Origin: Actinomycetota bacterium | GTDB taxonomy: Bacteria; Actinomycetota; Actinomycetes; JAKEEW01 | NCBI GenBank assembly: GCA_046725875.1 | Contig: JBKOZJ010000030.1 | Coordinates: forward strand, 1-61,603 | Direction: 5' to 3' | Length of the DNA: 61,603 bases | In this document: in pieces, positions 58,030 to 61,603 of the stretch | How the letters are laid out: the number at the start of each line of letters is the position of its first letter | Numbering within the stretch: position 1 is the first letter of the stretch | Made by a program: the position numbers and the translations under genes | Notes under the pieces: model-generated | Databases searched by the model: none | Told to the model about the DNA's origin: nothing | What the model saw: the letters and a program-made list of their open reading frames with translations, nothing else

Positions 58030-58089
58030 TTGAGACACCGGATCCGTCCGGAATTGGGCGCCAACTTCCGGCCGGATCCGGTGTCTCAA
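58030..58089. promoter_or_regulatory. 60-bp inverted repeat formed by two overlapping divergent promoters CGCC(C/A)A-N16-GTGTCT
   Basis: Perfect 17-bp arms TTGAGACACCGGATCCG / CGGATCCGGTGTCTCAA; the -35 boxes overlap at 58059-58060. Confidence 0.75.
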
Positions 58090-58132
58090 TCAGCAGGGCC
58101 CCTGATGGGAGGAGCGATGCGAGGATGCGACG

Positions 58133-59158
58133 GTGACCGAGCAGCTGCTGGCTCGAGCCCGAGCGGGCGACGGAGAGGCCTTCCGGGCGCTGGTCGAGCC
58201 GTACCGACGCGAGCTGGAGGTGCACTGCTACCGAATGCTCGGCTCAGTGCAGGATGCCGAGGATCTACTTCAGGAGACCCTGTTGGCGGCCTGGCGCGGG
58301 CTTGACCGGTTCGAGGGTCGGTCGTCGCTGCGCGCCTGGCTGTACCGCATAGCGACCAACCGCTGCCTCAACGCGCTGCGTGCAGACAGTCGCCGCATCC
58401 GACCGCACTCAGGGCGCGTCGAGGCCGAGCTGCCGGAACCGACCCGCTGGGTCGAGCCGACCTGGCTGGAGCCGTACCCGGACACCCTGCTCGACGGCCT
58501 TCCCGACACTGCGCCCGGGCCCGAGGCGCGCTTTGAAAGCAAGGAGTCGATCTCTCTGGCGTTTATCACAGCCATGCAGGCCCTTCCGCCCCGTCAGCGG
58601 GCCGTGCTCGTGCTCCGGGACGTGCTCGGTTTTCGGGCGAGCGAGGTGGCGGACATCCTAAGCAGCAGCGAGGAGTCAGTCACCAGCGCACTCAAGCGGG
58701 CCCGGGCCGCGCTCGCTACCGAGCTACCCATGGATGACCCAGCGCTGCCCGACTCCCCGCTCGCGCGCGAACTCAGTGCACGCTTCGCCGACGCGTTCGA
58801 GCGCGGCGAGGTGGACGGGATCGTCGAGCTGCTCACCGATGACGCGTGGCTGCGCATGCCACCGTTGCCAGTGGAGTACCAGGGCCGCGCTGTCGCGGCG
58901 CACTTCCTGAAGACGATCGCGTTCCGCGGGACGAGGCAGTATCGGCTGATTCATACGCGCGCCAACGGGCAGCCCGCGTACGGCGTCTACCTCTACGACG
59001 CCTACACCCCGATCGCGCGTGCCCACGGGCTCATCGTGATCACTATCGCAGGCGGGGGGATCTCGGCGCTGACCCGCTTCCTCGACAACGGCGTGCTGAG
59101 ATACTTCGGGCTGCCGCGGACCCTCCGCGAGGACACGACGAGCCACGGACTGAGATGA
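58133..59158 (+). CDS. ECF sigma-70 factor, SigG/ECF56-like (paralogue of 42579-43589)
   Basis: Same motif set (HCYRMLGS, WLEPYPD, MPP, ANGQPA). Confidence 0.93.
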   Translation: MTEQLLARARAGDGEAFRALVEPYRRELEVHCYRMLGSVQDAEDLLQETLLAAWRGLDRFEGRSSLRAWLYRIATNRCLNALRADSRRIRPHSGRVEAELPEPTRWVEPTWLEPYPDTLLDGLPDTAPGPEARFESKESISLAFITAMQALPPRQRAVLVLRDVLGFRASEVADILSSSEESVTSALKRARAALATELPMDDPALPDSPLARELSARFADAFERGEVDGIVELLTDDAWLRMPPLPVEYQGRAVAAHFLKTIAFRGTRQYRLIHTRANGQPAYGVYLYDAYTPIARAHGLIVITIAGGGISALTRFLDNGVLRYFGLPRTLREDTTSHGLR

Positions 59159-59216
59159 ACGGCCGCCAGCTCACACCGGTTGGCCTTGCCTGTGGCGGGG
59201 CCAGGTGCCAGCTCCG

Positions 59217-60422
59217 CTAGACGAGCTCGCCGTCGCGGGCCACAATGCGCCCGCCCTGTAGCACCAGCTCTCGCACTGGTCTAGTCACGACCGCTTCGGC
59301 CGGTGTCCGCGCGGTGAGGACGACCAAGTCGGCCGGTGCGCCGATGGTGAGGCCGTATGAACCCAGCCCGAGCGCACGAGCGCCGCCGGATGTAGCCGCG
59401 TCCAACGCGATCTCGATGTCGTCGTCCCGGCGGAAGGTGCTTCGGTAAGCGACGAACATGGTGCGCTCGAGCATGTCGCCGCTCCCGTACGGCCCCCACA
59501 AGTCACGGATGCCGTCGTGGCCGCAAGCCACATTTACGCCCGCCGCGCGTGCCTTCTTGATCGGCGGCACCGGAAAGCTGTACGCAGCGGCGGTCACCAG
59601 CGTCACTCCGGCTTCGGCGAGCTTACTCAGCAGGCGGCTTTGCTGCGTCTCGTCGACCTGGGCGAGTGCGTACGCATGACTGATCGCGACTCTTCCCTGC
59701 AACCCCGTTGCCAGAGTGCGGTCGGCGATCAAATCGATCTCCCAAGCGCCAAGCGTTCCACCGTCGTGCAAGTGGATGTCGATGCCGGCGCCGTACCGCT
59801 CCGCGAGGGCGAAGGTTGTGTCCAGGGTGCGTACCGGGTCGCCGTCCACGGTTGCGGGGTCGAGGCCGCCGATCGTTCGAACACCACTTTTGAGTGCTTC
59901 CTCGAGCAACTCGGCAGTGCCCGGGTTTGTGAGCAAGCCGTGCTGTGGGAACGCAACTTGCCCCAGGGTGACCCGGCCGCTGAGGCGGTCTGCGGCGGCG
60001 CGCACAGTTTCTATTCCGCGCAGTCCGACGTCGGGATCGACATCGGTGTGAGTGCGAACGTACGAAGTGCCGGATACCACCATTCGCTCGAGCAATGCCG
60101 CGACGTGTTCCACGTTCGGAAGACCCAGCTCCGCGCGCCGGGTGTGGTCGTTGGCGATCCGGTCGGCCAGCGCGTCGCCCGCGGAATGTGGCACCCAGGG
60201 GCCGCCATACAGCGTCTTGTCGAGGTGGCAGTGTGCGTCGACGAGCCCAGGAAGGACCAGCCGGCCATCGATGTCGATGACCTCAAGGTCCGAAACGGTG
60301 ACATCCGGCTCGATGCGCGTGATCTCGCCGTCCCGCACGAGGACGTCCGCAACGCCGTCGTAGCCCCAGGGCCGCCCGCCGCGCAAGAGCAAAGCCGGCA
60401 CAACCGGCTCGTTAGCCGTCAC
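59217..60422 (-). CDS. Amidohydrolase, cytosine-deaminase-like
   Basis: PGLVDAHCHLDK, RTHTD, HLHD, ISH, GHDGIRD.W.PYG.GDML. Confidence 0.92.
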   Translation of the reverse strand: MTANEPVVPALLLRGGRPWGYDGVADVLVRDGEITRIEPDVTVSDLEVIDIDGRLVLPGLVDAHCHLDKTLYGGPWVPHSAGDALADRIANDHTRRAELGLPNVEHVAALLERMVVSGTSYVRTHTDVDPDVGLRGIETVRAAADRLSGRVTLGQVAFPQHGLLTNPGTAELLEEALKSGVRTIGGLDPATVDGDPVRTLDTTFALAERYGAGIDIHLHDGGTLGAWEIDLIADRTLATGLQGRVAISHAYALAQVDETQQSRLLSKLAEAGVTLVTAAAYSFPVPPIKKARAAGVNVACGHDGIRDLWGPYGSGDMLERTMFVAYRSTFRRDDDIEIALDAATSGGARALGLGSYGLTIGAPADLVVLTARTPAEAVVTRPVRELVLQGGRIVARDGELV

Positions 60423-60515
60423 GTTGGCAAGCCTACGGTTGCAGTCCGCCGTCAGCGCCCGGACGGCGCACTGACCCACCACGCCCGGCTCGTTGCGAAG
60501 GTCAACGAGCACCGT

Positions 60516-61109
60516 TCAATGCGCGAGTGGATCCTCGAACGGATGCGACTCGAGCCAACGTAGCACCTCTTCCGCGTGGCGATCCGGCGGGAAGACCGGG
60601 TAGAACACGTGCTCGACGCGACCGTCGCGGATCACCAGGGTAAACCGCTTGAGCAGGGCGTGCCCTGCGACGTCGAAGGTCGGCAGGTGCATCGCTCGGG
60701 TTAGCCGTAGCCTGGCGTCTGACACGAGCACGAACGGCAGGTGCAGGCGGGTAACTGCCTCGCGCTGATAATCGGCGTCCTGCGTCGAGAGTCCGACAAC
60801 ATCGGCGCCCGCGCGACCCAGATCCGCATGGTGGTCTCGGAATGCGCACGACTCGGGTGTGCATCCGCGGGCACCAGGGATGAGGTCCCAGTCATCTACA
60901 AGTGCTGCCTCGCCGGGACGACCGGTTCGTGGGTAGGCGTAGACAACGCGTCGCCGGTGCCCGCCCACGTCGCCGATCAGAATGTCGCTGCCGTCAGTCG
61001 CGGGCAGCGCAACCGCAGGCACGGTCATGCCCGGTAGGTGGACCGTCGCTCCGTCATCGATCGGCTCTGGCAACCCCGGCGGTAGCACCATCGGATCGTG
61101 TGTGCTCAT
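60516..61109 (-). CDS. Peroxiredoxin (BCP/PrxQ-like)
   Basis: YAYPRT...PGARGCTPESCAFRD, GLSTQ, VSD, KRFT...VFYPVFPP; GGAGG RBS. Confidence 0.9.
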   Translation of the reverse strand: MSTHDPMVLPPGLPEPIDDGATVHLPGMTVPAVALPATDGSDILIGDVGGHRRRVVYAYPRTGRPGEAALVDDWDLIPGARGCTPESCAFRDHHADLGRAGADVVGLSTQDADYQREAVTRLHLPFVLVSDARLRLTRAMHLPTFDVAGHALLKRFTLVIRDGRVEHVFYPVFPPDRHAEEVLRWLESHPFEDPLAH

Positions 61110-61198
61110 CCGCGCCTCCGTCATCCGACGTCCGAATCCGGCCGGCCCTGCCAGGTGCGACTTGGTCGAAATTCGCGCGCAACCATCCGCGGAAGGCA

Positions 61199-61225
61199 CA
61201 ACAATTCGCCGCCGCCAGGGCTTCC
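61199..61225 (-). promoter_or_regulatory. SigR/SigH-type promoter candidate GGAAG-N18-GTTG
   Basis: Minus strand ggaag ccctggcggcggcgaatt gttg, 90 bp upstream of the peroxiredoxin start. Confidence 0.45.
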
Positions 61226-61385
61226 CAGGGGCCAGCCGGGTGCGTGTCGCACGGCGCGATGACCCGCAGGCACCGCGCCAACGCAGGCACCGTTCTAGGA
61301 CCGGATGTCACAACTGGGCCAGTCATCGGGTCTGACGGATACGACGTGAAATGAGCCGAAAGCAGTTGGGAGCGAGACGGCGGGG

Positions 61386-61603
61386 ATGACCGAGAAGGCA
61401 CGGGGCACCGGCCTCGCTGACGGGCGCCGCGAAGGCCACCGGGTTCGGTCAGCCGAACCCGGGGCGGCGCAGGCGGCACCGGTCGGCGAGACCGCTGCCG
61501 GGCGCTCTGCGCGGTTCGAGCGGGACGCGTTGCCGCAGCTGGGCCGACTGTACGCGGCGGCGCTGCGGCTGACCGGCAACCGGGCCGACGCCGAGGACCT
61601 GGT
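61386..61603 (+). CDS. SigH/SigR-like ECF sigma factor (5' part, runs off the window)
   Basis: Manual translation ...[30 protein letters not shown]; not in the ORF track. Confidence 0.85.
   Translation, partial: MTEKARGTGLADGRREGHRVRSAEPGAAQAAPVGETAAGRSARFERDALPQLGRLYAAALRLTGNRADAEDL

Noticed and set aside
58030..58089. Long inverted repeat as a MITE or terminator
   Set aside because: It lies between divergent starts, has no target-site duplication, and matches the promoter motif seen at 43640-43704.

Overview
High-GC actinobacterial accessory region with about 50 CDSs. I found no rRNA, tRNA, CRISPR array, integrase or transposase. The content is mostly regulators paired with stress, detoxification, efflux and protein-repair genes. 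Main blocks: (i) 6.4-19 kb has three large ATP-binding (STAND) LuxR regulators around an MMPL transporter. A 50-bp element is shared between two of the promoters, and there is a 29-aa leader ORF. (ii) 19-31 kb has a CtpH/CtpI-like P-type ATPase, a secreted LamG/FN3 protein, dodecin, FtsH and an unusual Zn-finger-HTH protein behind a SigH/SigR-type promoter. (iii) 31-42 kb has MarR, HxlR, TetR, LysR and AraC divergons with visible operators, plus several decayed genes. (iv) Two SigG-like (ECF56-type) sigma paralogues each sit in a divergon carrying two copies of one promoter motif, CGCCMA-N16-GYGYCT. (v) There is also a glycogen-debranching-like/GT4 pair, PIMT, an orphan NeoD/KanF-like glycosyltransferase, a MocR-EamA-B3/4 editing-domain module, and a peroxiredoxin divergent from a truncated SigH/SigR-like sigma. 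All family calls come from motif recognition by eye, not database searches. Start codons were often reassigned downstream of the ORF-track starts.
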